Below are positions 1 through 9,509 of a stretch of 51,037 bases of DNA, piece by piece. Each line of letters opens with the position of its first letter. Within the stretch, counting starts at the first letter, position 1. Under the pieces are notes generated by a model that was not told the DNA's origin, did no database searches, and saw only the letters and a program-made list of their open reading frames with translations. Origin of the DNA: an uncultured Nostoc sp. (GTDB lineage: Bacteria; Cyanobacteriota; Cyanobacteriia; Cyanobacteriales; Nostocaceae); contig CAXUOL010000002.1 in the NCBI GenBank assembly GCA_964252435.1, positions 1 through 51,037 on the forward strand, in the 5' to 3' direction. The position numbers and the translations under genes are program-made.

Positions 1-284
1 ACAACACCATCAAACTGTGGAATCTCGCAACAGGAGAGCAAATCCGCACCCTCACAGAGCATTCAAGCTCGGTTAATTCCGTCGCCATCAGCCCAGATGG
101 CAAAACCCTTGCTAGTGGTAGTGCTGACAGCACAATCAAACTGTGGAATCTCGCAACAGGAGAGCAAATCCGCACCCTCACAGGGCATTCTAAAGTGGTT
201 ATTTCCGTCGCTTTCAGCCCAGATGGCAAAACCCTTGTCAGTGGTAGTGATGACAACACCATTAAAATTTGGCGGCTACGGTAG
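1..284 (+). CDS. WD40-repeat protein, C-terminal end (partial)
   Basis: Frame 3 reads NTIKLWNLATGEQIRTLTEHSSSVNSVAISPDGKTLASGSADSTIKLW...KIWRLR*, typical cyanobacterial WD40 repeats. Stop TAG at 282-284. Confidence 0.9.
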   Translation, partial: NTIKLWNLATGEQIRTLTEHSSSVNSVAISPDGKTLASGSADSTIKLWNLATGEQIRTLTGHSKVVISVAFSPDGKTLVSGSDDNTIKIWRLR

Positions 285-346
285 CTAGGACTGACCTAAG
301 CTAAAATTAAAACGGTTTAACCAAGGCATGAGTAGGGAATTGAACA

Positions 347-751
347 ATGGCAACAGAAACAATTACTCTGCAAATTCCAGAAATACTCTATCAGCGTTTA
401 CTCAACACTGCCCAAGCTCAACGTCGCCCCATTGACGAAGTAATAGTTCATGCTTTGCAGGTAGGTAGTCCTCCCGAATGGGATGATGTCCCAGAGGAAT
501 TCCAAGCTGACCTCGCGGCTTTAGATAAACTAGATGATAATAGTTTGTGGCAAATTGTCCGCAGTCGCAAAACAGCAGAGCAAATGGAGCGATATAACTT
601 GCTGCTGGAGCGTAATTCTAGTGGTAACATTACAGATGCAGAACAATTAGAACTAATAAAACTGCGTCACGAAGCTGACCGTTTTATGCTGTGTAAAGCC
701 CAAGCTGCTGTTTTACTCCGTTGGCGAGGACATCATCTGCCAACTCCTTAA
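347..751 (+). CDS. Hypothetical protein, antitoxin-like partner of the downstream HNH gene
   Basis: 134 aa ORF with an N-terminal ribbon-helix-helix-like segment (ITLQIPEILYQRL), 4 bp upstream of the HNH ORF. Confidence 0.6.
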   Translation: MATETITLQIPEILYQRLLNTAQAQRRPIDEVIVHALQVGSPPEWDDVPEEFQADLAALDKLDDNSLWQIVRSRKTAEQMERYNLLLERNSSGNITDAEQLELIKLRHEADRFMLCKAQAAVLLRWRGHHLPTP

Positions 752-755
752 ACTG

Positions 756-1190
756 TTGTGTCTAAATACATTCGGTGAAAGCTTAAAAACTCAAATAGCT
801 GATAGTGATAAAAGACGTTGCTGTTATTGCTTAACAACTGAAGCAAATAGCGGTATTCCCATGACCTATGACCATATTCGCCCCCGCTCAAAAGGTGGAG
901 AAACTATCTTTGCAAATCTTTGTTTAGCTTGTCGCTCTTGCAATGAATTTAAAGCCGATTCAACCGAAGCTATAGACCCTTTAAGTGGGGAAAAAACGCC
1001 TCTATTTAATCCACGTCAACAAAGATGGTCTGAACATTTTGCTTGGAATGCTGATGCTACAAGGGTTGAAGGTTTAACTACTACTGGTAGGGCTACAATT
1101 GTTTGCTTGCGAATGAATAATCCAGTTATAGTTGTTGCGCGACGACGTTGGACAATTAGTAGTTGGCATCCTCCAGATGATGTATTTTAA
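756..1190 (+). CDS. HNH endonuclease
   Basis: CCYC...DHIRPRSKGG...NLCLACRSCNEFK zinc/HNH motif, plus the LFNPRQQRWSEHF tail. Confidence 0.9.
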   Translation: MCLNTFGESLKTQIADSDKRRCCYCLTTEANSGIPMTYDHIRPRSKGGETIFANLCLACRSCNEFKADSTEAIDPLSGEKTPLFNPRQQRWSEHFAWNADATRVEGLTTTGRATIVCLRMNNPVIVVARRRWTISSWHPPDDVF

Positions 1191-1365
1191 AGTTTCAAGC
1201 AGTTCAATAAGCCAAAGTTACGCTGAAGAAATTATAATTTACGTCTGATGTGAATTATGAAAAACAACGTAATAGCAAACATTTCACGCTTTGTAGAGAC
1301 GCGAAATTTCGCGTCTCTACTCTAGAATTAAACTAAAATTAAGATTATTTACTCTGGGAAAAATT

Positions 1366-1596
1366 ATGGTTAACACCTATGACGAAATATTTGATGCAGC
1401 ATTGTCTTTACCTCCAGGTTTAAGAGCAATGCTTGCTGAAGATTTATTTAAAAGCCTAGATGCAGAAAATCAATTAGAAATTGATACTCTGTGGGCAGAA
1501 GAAGCAGAGAAAAGGTTTCAAGCTGTTGAACAAGGCGAAGTTACTCTAATTCCTGGTGAACAGGTATTGCGAGAGCTACGTTCTAGGAGTAAGTAA
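1366..1596 (+). CDS. Addiction module antitoxin component
   Basis: AALSLP...RAMLAEDLFKSLD...WAEEAEKR pattern, directly upstream of a RelE/ParE gene. Confidence 0.8.
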   Translation: MVNTYDEIFDAALSLPPGLRAMLAEDLFKSLDAENQLEIDTLWAEEAEKRFQAVEQGEVTLIPGEQVLRELRSRSK

Positions 1597-1886
1597 TAGC
1601 GTATGATTTTCATCCTGATGCTAAACAGGAATTAGATGATGCTGTTGCTTACTATGACAATATCAGCCGCGAGATGGGAGACGCATTTGTTACCGAAGTT
1701 GAACGCGCTCTCAATCGCATTGAACTGTTCCCACAAGCATGGACTCAATTATCAAAAAATACAAGACGCTGCCGCATAGCTAGTTTTCCCTATGGGATAA
1801 TTTATGCCATCACAGAGCAGCAAATTTTAATAGTTGCAGTCATGCACCTCCAGCGTCAGCCAAATTACTGGACTAATAGAATCTGA
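1596..1886 (+). CDS. RelE/ParE family toxin (expected start codon reads ATA)
   Basis: The frame extends upstream of 1674 as (I)AYDFHPDAKQELDDAVAYY; C-terminus FPYGIIY...IVAVMHLQRQPNYW. Confidence 0.8.
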   Translation: MAYDFHPDAKQELDDAVAYYDNISREMGDAFVTEVERALNRIELFPQAWTQLSKNTRRCRIASFPYGIIYAITEQQILIVAVMHLQRQPNYWTNRI

Positions 1887-1915
1887 AAGTACACCATTTG
1901 TTTTTGTCAATTTAA

Positions 1916-2158
1916 TTATTCTGAAGATTCATTGCTCTTGCGGCTATTTTCTGCGTCAATTCTCTGTCTAATCGCTTCTTGGGCTATGCGAATATTTTCC
2001 TCTAGTTGTGTTCCATCAGCTGTAGCGAGTGGAGGCATAGTTTTCCATTTCAAACTAGGATGATGAAAAAGCGATCGCATAGCTTCCATATCATCACGGT
2101 GTTCTAATACATATTTTCTTAACTCAGGTACACTCATCTCTTCAAAGTTCAGTTTCAT
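1916..2158 (-). CDS. Small DUF6887-like protein
   Basis: NFEEMSVPELRKYVLEHRDD motif; paralogs at 4619-4831 and 39422-39631. Confidence 0.65.
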   Translation of the reverse strand: MKLNFEEMSVPELRKYVLEHRDDMEAMRSLFHHPSLKWKTMPPLATADGTQLEENIRIAQEAIRQRIDAENSRKSNESSE

Positions 2159-2333
2159 CTACAAACCTCCAAGGTTCATGAGAGGGTACGATGATTTGTA
2201 TGTCCTCGCCTGCCAAAATATATACATTTCCAGTTTTGTCATCAAATCTGAACAACCGGATGTCACGATCGCAGTTAGACAACATCTGACAAACTATTAA
2301 ACAAGTTATAGCTTGGTGTGCATTGGGATATAT
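2142..2333 (-). CDS. Small DUF6888-like protein, partner of DUF6887 (no ATG start found)
   Basis: Reads YPNAHQAITCLIVCQMLSN...LFRFDDKTGNVYILAGEDIQIIVPSHEPWRF; paralogous fragment at 39631-39775. Confidence 0.55.
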   Translation of the reverse strand: MYPNAHQAITCLIVCQMLSNCDRDIRLFRFDDKTGNVYILAGEDIQIIVPSHEPWRFVDETEL

Positions 2334-2392
2334 GGTGTTTTCCTCAATTGTGACATAAATAATATAAGCCTTATAGTGTCACAACATCCAGA

Positions 2393-3175
2393 GTGAAAAC
2401 CGACAGCATATTTTATCGCCTATTTCAAGAATTCCCCAGTATCTTCTTTGAACTAATTGGCAATCCTCCCGAAACTGCCAACACCTATCAATTTGCTTCA
2501 GTTGAAATCAAACAAACAGCCTTTAGAATTGATGGTGTATTTCTTCCTATCCAAGACGAAAAAAGCCCAATTTATTTTGTCGAGGTTCAGTTTCAACCGG
2601 ACACAGAGATTTACTTACGCTTAGTATCAGAAATTTCTTTATACTTACGCCAAAATAGACACAAAAATCCTTGGCGAGGAGTGGTGATTTATCCCAGCAG
2701 AGATATAGATATAGCTGAGAAAGAAGATTTCATAGAATTCTTCCACAGCCAGCGTATCAGTAGAATTTACTTAGATGAATTAGGCTCAGCTGCATCCTTA
2801 CCAATAGGCATTGCTACGATAAAATTAGTAATTGAAGACGAAGATACGGCCATTAGCAGCGCCAGGGAATTAATCAACCGCACCCAGCAAGCAGTAAATT
2901 TACAATTACCACAAAAACAATTATTAGAATTGATAGAGACCATCTTGGTTTACAAGTTTCCTAACATGAGTCAAAAGGAGATACAAGCAATGTTTGGATT
3001 AAGTGAATTGAAGCAGACGCGGGTTTATCAAGAAGCTAGAGAAGAAGGTGAACAAGAAGGTAAACAAAAAGCAAAATTAGAAGCTGTACCTAAACTTTTA
3101 GCACTGGGTTTAACTGTAGAACAGATAGCGCAGGCGTTGGATTTAGATGTTGCACAAGTCCAGCAAGTAGAATAG
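2393..3175 (+). CDS. Rpn family recombination-promoting nuclease / DUF2887 protein
   Basis: MKTDSIFYRLF...FRIDGVF...YFVEVQFQ, with C-terminal LKQTRVYQEA...GLTVEQIAQAL. Confidence 0.85.
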   Translation: MKTDSIFYRLFQEFPSIFFELIGNPPETANTYQFASVEIKQTAFRIDGVFLPIQDEKSPIYFVEVQFQPDTEIYLRLVSEISLYLRQNRHKNPWRGVVIYPSRDIDIAEKEDFIEFFHSQRISRIYLDELGSAASLPIGIATIKLVIEDEDTAISSARELINRTQQAVNLQLPQKQLLELIETILVYKFPNMSQKEIQAMFGLSELKQTRVYQEAREEGEQEGKQKAKLEAVPKLLALGLTVEQIAQALDLDVAQVQQVE

Positions 3176-3304
3176 CAAAAGCGATAACTTCGTTGAGCTC
3201 CGCTAACGCCGGAATAATTGCCGCGATCGCACATTAATCTTGATTATCTGGATCTATGCCATCTCAGTTCTATGATAGAAACAAGCCACTCTTTGGTTTA
3301 ACTT

Positions 3305-3901
3305 ATGTCTTCCCCTGTCCTGGAAAACCCTACGACTGCTGAGACTTCCTATGTTCTTCTGTACAATGTCAGTTGGGAACAGTTAGAACAGCTTGATGTC
3401 ACCCTTGCAGGGACAAGCGCACGACTAACTTATTTAGATAATATTCTCGAAATTATGTCCCCACTTTCTGACGACCATGAGGACAGTAAAAAAACTCTGG
3501 CGATGTTGCTGGAAGTCTATATGCGGACGAAAAAGATCCGGTTTTATGGACGAGGAAGTGCAACCATCGGTAAAAAGTCAGACAAAACGCGACGAGAACC
3601 GGATGAGTCTTATAATTTAGGGGCAAAAAAACCTATTCCCGATTTAATTTTGGAAATAACTGTCACCAGTGGCGGAATTAATAAGCTAGAAATTTATCAG
3701 CGTTTGCGAGTACCTGAAGTCTGGTTTTGGGAAGATGGTTTGTTATCAGTTTATTGTTTGCAAGGTGACAGCTATATAAAAGTCACTAGAAGTACTTTAT
3801 TGCCTGATTTAGATTTAGATTTATTAGCAAAATATGCGCGAATTGCTGACCAATATGATGCTGTGACTGAATATAGTCAGATAATAACTAAAGTAACCTG
3901 A
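3305..3901 (+). CDS. Uma2 family endonuclease
   Basis: VSWEQ...LEIMSP...EPDESY...PDLILEI...KLEIYQRLRVPEVWFW. Confidence 0.9.
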   Translation: MSSPVLENPTTAETSYVLLYNVSWEQLEQLDVTLAGTSARLTYLDNILEIMSPLSDDHEDSKKTLAMLLEVYMRTKKIRFYGRGSATIGKKSDKTRREPDESYNLGAKKPIPDLILEITVTSGGINKLEIYQRLRVPEVWFWEDGLLSVYCLQGDSYIKVTRSTLLPDLDLDLLAKYARIADQYDAVTEYSQIITKVT

Positions 3902-3935
3902 ACTAAAATTATTTCCGTCTAAATCTGAAAAAAAT

Positions 3936-4022
3936 ATGGTTAACACCTATGACGAAATTTTCGATGCTGCATTGTCTTTGCCTTCAGAGCGTCAGCCAAA
4001 TTATTGGACTAATAGAATCTGA
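3936..4022 (+). pseudogene. Internally deleted copy of the 1366-1886 TA pair (28-codon fusion)
   Basis: MVNTYDEIFDAALSLP (antitoxin start) is joined in frame to (SE)RQPNYWTNRI* (toxin end). Confidence 0.85.
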
Positions 4023-4039
4023 ATAAGTAGCTTAATACA

Positions 4040-4566
4040 AGATTATCTGGATCTATGCCGAGCGATGTCTAACGACAAGCCGCTTCTCTACGAGAGGCTC
4101 TGCCAACGCGTCTACGCAATTTTTCTGCCATCTGTTGAGCGCGTTGTTCTGCAACTTCAGCGCGTTTTTGTACTAATTTAATCTGTTCTTGAGGCGTAGG
4201 ATAGCGTTTTCCTGACCGATCGTACCAATAAAGCCATTCTCTAGTTACACCAGAATAATTGCCGCGATCGCAGCCAATTCCTAAGCCAATTTCCGGTAAC
4301 CAAACCGGATTTCCTGCTTGCAATTTATACTTGCCATTCACTAATTTATGCACTTCTAAACGCGGTTTGCGGCGACGGCGAGAAGAATAAATTATGTAAT
4401 AAAGTACGCCTAAATCTGCATATTCATCTAATTTAGTTGTATATTCCTTGCGATACGTTTGAGAAACCACCTCTAGCACTAAACTCGGTAAAACTTTTTC
4501 TTCCCACAACGCATAACTGGGACGGTAATAGAGTTTCACCGTCGGCCAAATTTGAAGATAATACAT
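4040..4566 (-). pseudogene. Uma2 family endonuclease, 5'-truncated, with a small repeat inserted near the 3' end
   Basis: RPSYALWEEKVLPSLVLEVVSQTYRKEY...; the N-terminal part is missing and the tail GIDPDN is separated by a repeat insertion. Confidence 0.75.
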
Positions 4567-4618
4567 CTAGATATTGGTTGATTTGCTGACAAACTTCTGT
4601 GTTGTTCATAATTTTTAG

Positions 4619-4831
4619 TCAATCTTTTATTCTTAACTTTGAGAATCTTGCTTTCTTTTATTTGCTTGCTCAATGCGTTGCTTAATTGCTTCCTCAGCTA
4701 TACGAATATTTTCTTCTATTGGTGTACCGTCTTCAGCTACCATTAGCCCGTACCATGTTGCTTCCGAGTCAGGAGGATTACAGCGACTAAACAAGACACG
4801 AATAGCCTCATCATCATCTCGATGTGCAAGT
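4619..4831 (-). pseudogene. DUF6887-like gene truncated at the IS607 left end
   Basis: LAHRDDDEAIRVLFSR...EDGTPIEENIRIAEEAIKQRIEQ is homologous to 1916-2158; the 5' end is absent. Confidence 0.7.
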
Positions 4832-4893
4832 ATGATAAAACTTTAAAGAAAATATAGTCTAACATAGTCAGATGTAGTCTAAACTTCAGTCTA

Positions 4894-5478
4894 ATGAAAT
4901 TGTCTGATTATGCTAAAACTTTGGGGATCTCCTATCTTACAGCTTGGCGACATTACAAAGCAGGTAAAATACCATACCCAACAGAACAACTCCCTACAGG
5001 CACGGTAATTGTTGATTACGATCCAAAAAAGATATCAGGGGATGTTGTTAAAGTCGCAATTTATGCCAGAGTTTCAAGTGCTGAGAATAAAGATAATTTA
5101 GATAGACAAGCAGAAAGGTTGTCTCAATACGCTATCGCCAAAGGATATCAGATTGCTTATGTCATAAAAGAAGTAGGGAGCGGATTAAACGACAATCGCA
5201 AAAAACTAGAAAAGCTCTTTCTCAAAGATGATTATGATATTTTGCTAGTCGAACACAAAGATAGACTCTTGAGTTTTGGTACACATTATATAGACATTTT
5301 ACTTAAAAGATTAGGAGTAAATCTAGAGGTTGTTAATTTATCTGACAATGGACGGGATGAATTAATGCAAGACTTAGTGGCGATAATTACCAGCTTTGCT
5401 GCACGATTATATGGTCAGCGCAGGGCAAGACGGAAAACAGAAAAAATTGTGGAGACAATAAATTCTCAGACAGACTGA
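4894..5478 (+). CDS. tnpA: IS607 family transposase (serine recombinase)
   Basis: MerR-like HTH N-terminus, IYARVSS, EVGSGLN, EHKDRL, DLVAIITSFAARLYG. TAGTC direct-repeat motifs upstream (4855-4893). Confidence 0.93.
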   Translation: MKLSDYAKTLGISYLTAWRHYKAGKIPYPTEQLPTGTVIVDYDPKKISGDVVKVAIYARVSSAENKDNLDRQAERLSQYAIAKGYQIAYVIKEVGSGLNDNRKKLEKLFLKDDYDILLVEHKDRLLSFGTHYIDILLKRLGVNLEVVNLSDNGRDELMQDLVAIITSFAARLYGQRRARRKTEKIVETINSQTD

Positions 5479-5719
5479 AATATATTTTATAGTCAAATAT
5501 ATCTTATTGTCTCTTTGGTGATATACTAAATTTCATTGCCAAAATTTGATCAATATGCGTCAGGTTGAAAAGCACATAGTAAAAGAGGGGCATGAATGGT
5601 TTAATTATTGCAAGGAAATTACTTTTGTAAGGATCGTGGATTAAATAAGGTGTAATACTGCCAATGATATCTATAACACTAGAAGGGTAGATGAAGAACT
5701 GGTAGATGATGCGCCCAAA

Positions 5720-6168
5720 CCCAAGGGTGAAATTGAAGTTCAAATGCAACGATACTATGAGTCGTTGTCAGAGAAAGATAGCCGCCGATATGCCGCGATC
5801 AAAGCAGTAAAACTAGAGTACGGCGGGCAGGCATATATCCGCCGCTTGCTCTTATGCCATCACGAAACCTTATCCGCCCCATACCTCCAAGTACAATCCG
5901 ATTGAGCATCGTTTGTTTCCTCATATTTCTCGCGTTTGTCAGGGGGTGATTTTTGAGAGTGTCCAGACTGTAAAAGACCTAATGGCAACGGCAACCACCC
6001 GAACAGGACTCAAAGTGTTTACGACGATTCTCGATAAAACCTATCAAACAGGCCGAAAAGTGGCTCTTGATTTCAAATCAAATATGAAGATTGTTTTTGA
6101 TGAATTCTTGCCGCAATGGAATTACACCGCTAAACCAGAGTTACAGGTTATTTAATCCACGATCCTAA
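5720..6168 (+). mobile_element. ISAzo13-family transposase remnant (internal deletion)
   Basis: N-terminal piece (YESLSEKD.RRYAAI.AVKL.YGG) fused to a C-terminal piece (SKYNPIEHRLFPHI...TTRTGLKV...PQWNY). Confidence 0.8.
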
Positions 6169-6369
6169 GTGCGATCGCTCTGCCTTTTTTATAACTCTCG
6201 GTTCACCCATTTTTTGATGAGTTAGAAAAAATAGCAGTAGATAAAGATATTTTAAGTGTTAAAAAAAAATAATACCTTTGAGTTAGCCTTGTTCAGACTC
6301 TCGGTTAAATCGGCTAGCCGAGAATTATGTGTAACATAGATCACTACCAAGCTAGAGGGAAGTTTCAAA

Positions 6370-7713
6370 ATGCTTGCATTTATTTTAAAACCAACACAGA
6401 TACTTGAACGCATACTATCTGCATCGCTAATTAGTTTGATGTCCTTAGAGGTTCTTACCACCGCAGCGGTTGGCCAACCGCTCCCTGCGTCTATTGAAAC
6501 CAAGCTGAAAGTGCCTAGTACAATGACCTCTTGGCCCTTTAATACTAACCGTTACTTGAAAGTGCCGCCCAATTTCTCCGTCTCAGTTTATGCTCGCATT
6601 AACAAAGCTCGCTTTATGGCAGTTGCTCCCAATGGGGATCTTCTAGTTTCACAGCCCAGTTCCGGTAAAGTATTAATTGTCCGGCCAAATGGCAGCAAAG
6701 ACCCAATTATTTCTGACTTCGTAACGGGTCTACGCAAACCTCACGACATTGTGTTTCATAAGATTGACAACACCACATACATTTATATCTCTGAGACTCA
6801 TCAAATTAACCGCTTCATCTACAACTCTGGAGACTTAATCGCCAAAAATCGTCAAATTGTTGTAACTGGCTTACCAGACCGCAGCACACGGGAACTCAAA
6901 GGCACTTATGGTCACGAACTGAAAAATATCGCACTTGATGCCAACCACAAACTGTACGTGTCAATTGCCTCTACATGCAATGCCTGTAAAGAAGATACTG
7001 TCAGTACTCCAAAACGTGGTGCAATTTACCAGTACAACGCTAATGGAACCAATCAGCGACTTTTTGCCCAAGGTTTACGTAATGCTGAAGGGTTAGCATT
7101 TTTACCTGGCACAAATGACCTTTGGGTAGTCGTTAATAATCGAGATAACATCGCCTATCCCTTCAAAGATAGCAGTGGCAATTACGGTAAGATTTTCCCC
7201 TCCTACGTAGACAACCACCCACCAGAAGAGTTAACGAAAGTCCGAGATGGCGGTAACTACGGTTGGCCATTCTGCAATCCCAATCCTGACAGGCCAAACG
7301 GCCTCAACAATATGCCATTTGACTGGGATTATCAGTTAAATCGTGATGGAAAGGTTAATTGTAATGCAATGGACAGGATTAGCAAAGGTATCCAAGCCCA
7401 TTCGGCTCCCTTGGGACTAACATTCTTACAAAATACCAACTTCCCCAGCCTATACTCAAATGGGGTAGTGACAGGGCTGCATGGTTCATGGAATCGGCAG
7501 AAGAAAACGGGCTACAAAATATCTTACTTTCCCTGGAACAGTACGACAAAGACCCCAGGGCAGGAGATAGATTTAGTCATCGGTTGGGTAGTTCCAGCAA
7601 CGCAAGAAACCTGGGGGCGACCTGTGGATATGGTAGTAGACCAACAAGGTAATTTGTTAATTTCGGATGACTACAGCGGCACTATCTATAAGCTCTCCTA
7701 CACGCCGTCATAA
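6370..7713 (+). CDS. Secreted PQQ-dependent sugar (glucose/sorbosone) dehydrogenase
   Basis: Signal-like N-terminus; GLRNAEG, GGNYGWPFC, AHSAPLG, HGSWNR, GRPVD, LISDD beta-propeller motifs. Confidence 0.88.
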   Translation: MLAFILKPTQILERILSASLISLMSLEVLTTAAVGQPLPASIETKLKVPSTMTSWPFNTNRYLKVPPNFSVSVYARINKARFMAVAPNGDLLVSQPSSGKVLIVRPNGSKDPIISDFVTGLRKPHDIVFHKIDNTTYIYISETHQINRFIYNSGDLIAKNRQIVVTGLPDRSTRELKGTYGHELKNIALDANHKLYVSIASTCNACKEDTVSTPKRGAIYQYNANGTNQRLFAQGLRNAEGLAFLPGTNDLWVVVNNRDNIAYPFKDSSGNYGKIFPSYVDNHPPEELTKVRDGGNYGWPFCNPNPDRPNGLNNMPFDWDYQLNRDGKVNCNAMDRISKGIQAHSAPLGLTFLQNTNFPSLYSNGVVTGLHGSWNRQKKTGYKISYFPWNSTTKTPGQEIDLVIGWVVPATQETWGRPVDMVVDQQGNLLISDDYSGTIYKLSYTPS

Positions 7714-7803
7714 CTAGTTAAGGTCTACAGAGACCCTAACTTTGGTAGAATTTCCCAGTCTTTTTTTACAACTCCAGGAGTATACAAAGCCAACCAAGGT
7801 GAC

Positions 7804-8757
7804 TTAAATATTGTTGTTAATAACTGCAATCGCAATTTTTCCCACTGCACGCCCAGTTTCACTATAACTATGAGCCGCCGCTAGTTCTTGCAAGGGATAT
7901 GTGCGATCAATCACCACACGAATTTTACCCACTTCAATCAATTCTTTCAGATAAATCAAATCTTGAGTGTTGGGTTTTTGCAGGATAAATTTAGCTTTTT
8001 GAACTGGAAGGAACGCTGTTAAGACGCTCTCTAAGAAGACTTTGGGGCTGGGTAGTGTGGTGATATAAATTCCATTGGGTTTGAGGACTCTTTTAGTTTG
8101 AGAGAGCGATCGCTTACCCACTGCATCAAAGATAATGTCATACTGCGCTGTATCTTCAGTGAAATCTTGCTGCGTATAATCAATCACGCGGTCTGCTCCT
8201 AGAGATTTCACCAAATCCAAATTTTTGCTACTGCTAACTCCCGTCACCACTGCCCCTAAAGCCTGAGCAATTTGCACTGCAAAACTGCCTACACCTCCCG
8301 CAGCACCATTAATCAACACAGCTTGTCCTGTTTGAATATTTCCCCGATCTCGCAGCGCTTGCAGAGCCGTGAGCGCTGCTAACGGCACAGCCGCAGCTTC
8401 TTCATAAGATAAGTTCGTTGGTTTGAGCACCACCAAGTTTTCTGGAACAGCTGCAAATTCGGCATACCCTCCTCCAGGGAAGCTAGTACTGCCATAAATA
8501 GCATCTCCTGGTTTAAAACGGGTGACACCAGAACCAACTGCTACGACATCTCCCGCCACATCAAACCCCAAAATCTTCGGGAATTTGCTGCCGACAATCA
8601 AACTCAATATCCCCTGACGAATTTTCCAATCAATGGGATTAATGCTACTAGCACGAACTTTCACAAGTAACTGCGTTGAATCAATTTTCGGCTGCTCCAC
8701 GTCTTCATACTGCAACACCTCAGCGCCGCCATACCGACGGATAACGACTGCTTTCAT
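7804..8757 (-). CDS. NAD(P)-dependent MDR family oxidoreductase (quinone reductase/alcohol dehydrogenase-like)
   Basis: NPIDWK, GFDVAG, INGAAGGVG, LGADRVIDY, GRAVGKI. Confidence 0.92.
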   Translation of the reverse strand: MKAVVIRRYGGAEVLQYEDVEQPKIDSTQLLVKVRASSINPIDWKIRQGILSLIVGSKFPKILGFDVAGDVVAVGSGVTRFKPGDAIYGSTSFPGGGYAEFAAVPENLVVLKPTNLSYEEAAAVPLAALTALQALRDRGNIQTGQAVLINGAAGGVGSFAVQIAQALGAVVTGVSSSKNLDLVKSLGADRVIDYTQQDFTEDTAQYDIIFDAVGKRSLSQTKRVLKPNGIYITTLPSPKVFLESVLTAFLPVQKAKFILQKPNTQDLIYLKELIEVGKIRVVIDRTYPLQELAAAHSYSETGRAVGKIAIAVINNNI

Positions 8758-8922
8758 AGCATTCCTCCTGCTACCTTGTTTGACTTACACAACTCAGACA
8801 GGCTGTTTTTCTTGATGAATCTAGTGTAGCGATGTCTACGCATACGCATGGCATTTAACGAAGATGCTAGGCGCAGTTAGAGATTTCCTAAAATAGAAAT
8901 ATCAGTCTAAAACTACACCTGT

Positions 8923-8993
8923 ATGCCAGCTAGAAACCTGTATCACAATAATGTTTTAAAGAGGTTATTAAACAATGGATTACACCAAATTAG
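8923..8993 (+). pseudogene. xisH-family remnant (5' and 3' ends only)
   Basis: MPARNLYHNNV (XisH-like start) abuts KEVIKQWI (XisH-like end), overlapping the xisI start. Confidence 0.6.
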
Positions 8994-9340
8994 ACCACTA
9001 TCGCCAGGTGATTGAAACTATCCTCAGTAAATATGCTTCGCTACCCTATTCCTATGCCAATATTCAATCGGAGGTGGTGTTTGATCGAACCCGCGTTGGC
9101 GCAGCCTCTCTGAAAGAGACTCGCTATTTGTGGATGGATATTGGTTGGGATGGCGAACGCCGCATTCATGGCTGTCTGGTTCATATTGACCTAATTGATG
9201 GCAAAATCTGGATTCAACGGGATGGCACGGAAGAAGGCATTGCCGCCGATTTAGAACGGGCTGGAATTCCTAAAGAACACATTGTTCTGGGGTTTCGTCC
9301 ACCGGAGTTAAGACCATACACGGGCTATGCAGTTGCTTAA
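8975..9340 (+). CDS. xisI: XisI family protein
   Basis: GW.GERRIHGCLVHIDLIDGKIWIQRDGTEEGIA.DL...GIPKEHIVLGF. Confidence 0.9.
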   Translation: MDYTKLDHYRQVIETILSKYASLPYSYANIQSEVVFDRTRVGAASLKETRYLWMDIGWDGERRIHGCLVHIDLIDGKIWIQRDGTEEGIAADLERAGIPKEHIVLGFRPPELRPYTGYAVA

Positions 9341-9509
9341 GGTGCGTAGGCGCAGCCCGCACTTCTCTACGAGACGCTGCGCGAACGACTTGGCTCAGTG
9401 ACCATCGTAGACATCGCTCTGTAAAGTTGAGTTTTAATGATGCAAATTTAACTGTTTCGCTTTTTGAGAAAACACCTTTTTTTATTTAATTGCGAATTGC
9501 GAATTGGTT

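Noticed and set aside
97-288. 63 aa ORF
   Set aside because: Shadow frame of the WD40 gene.
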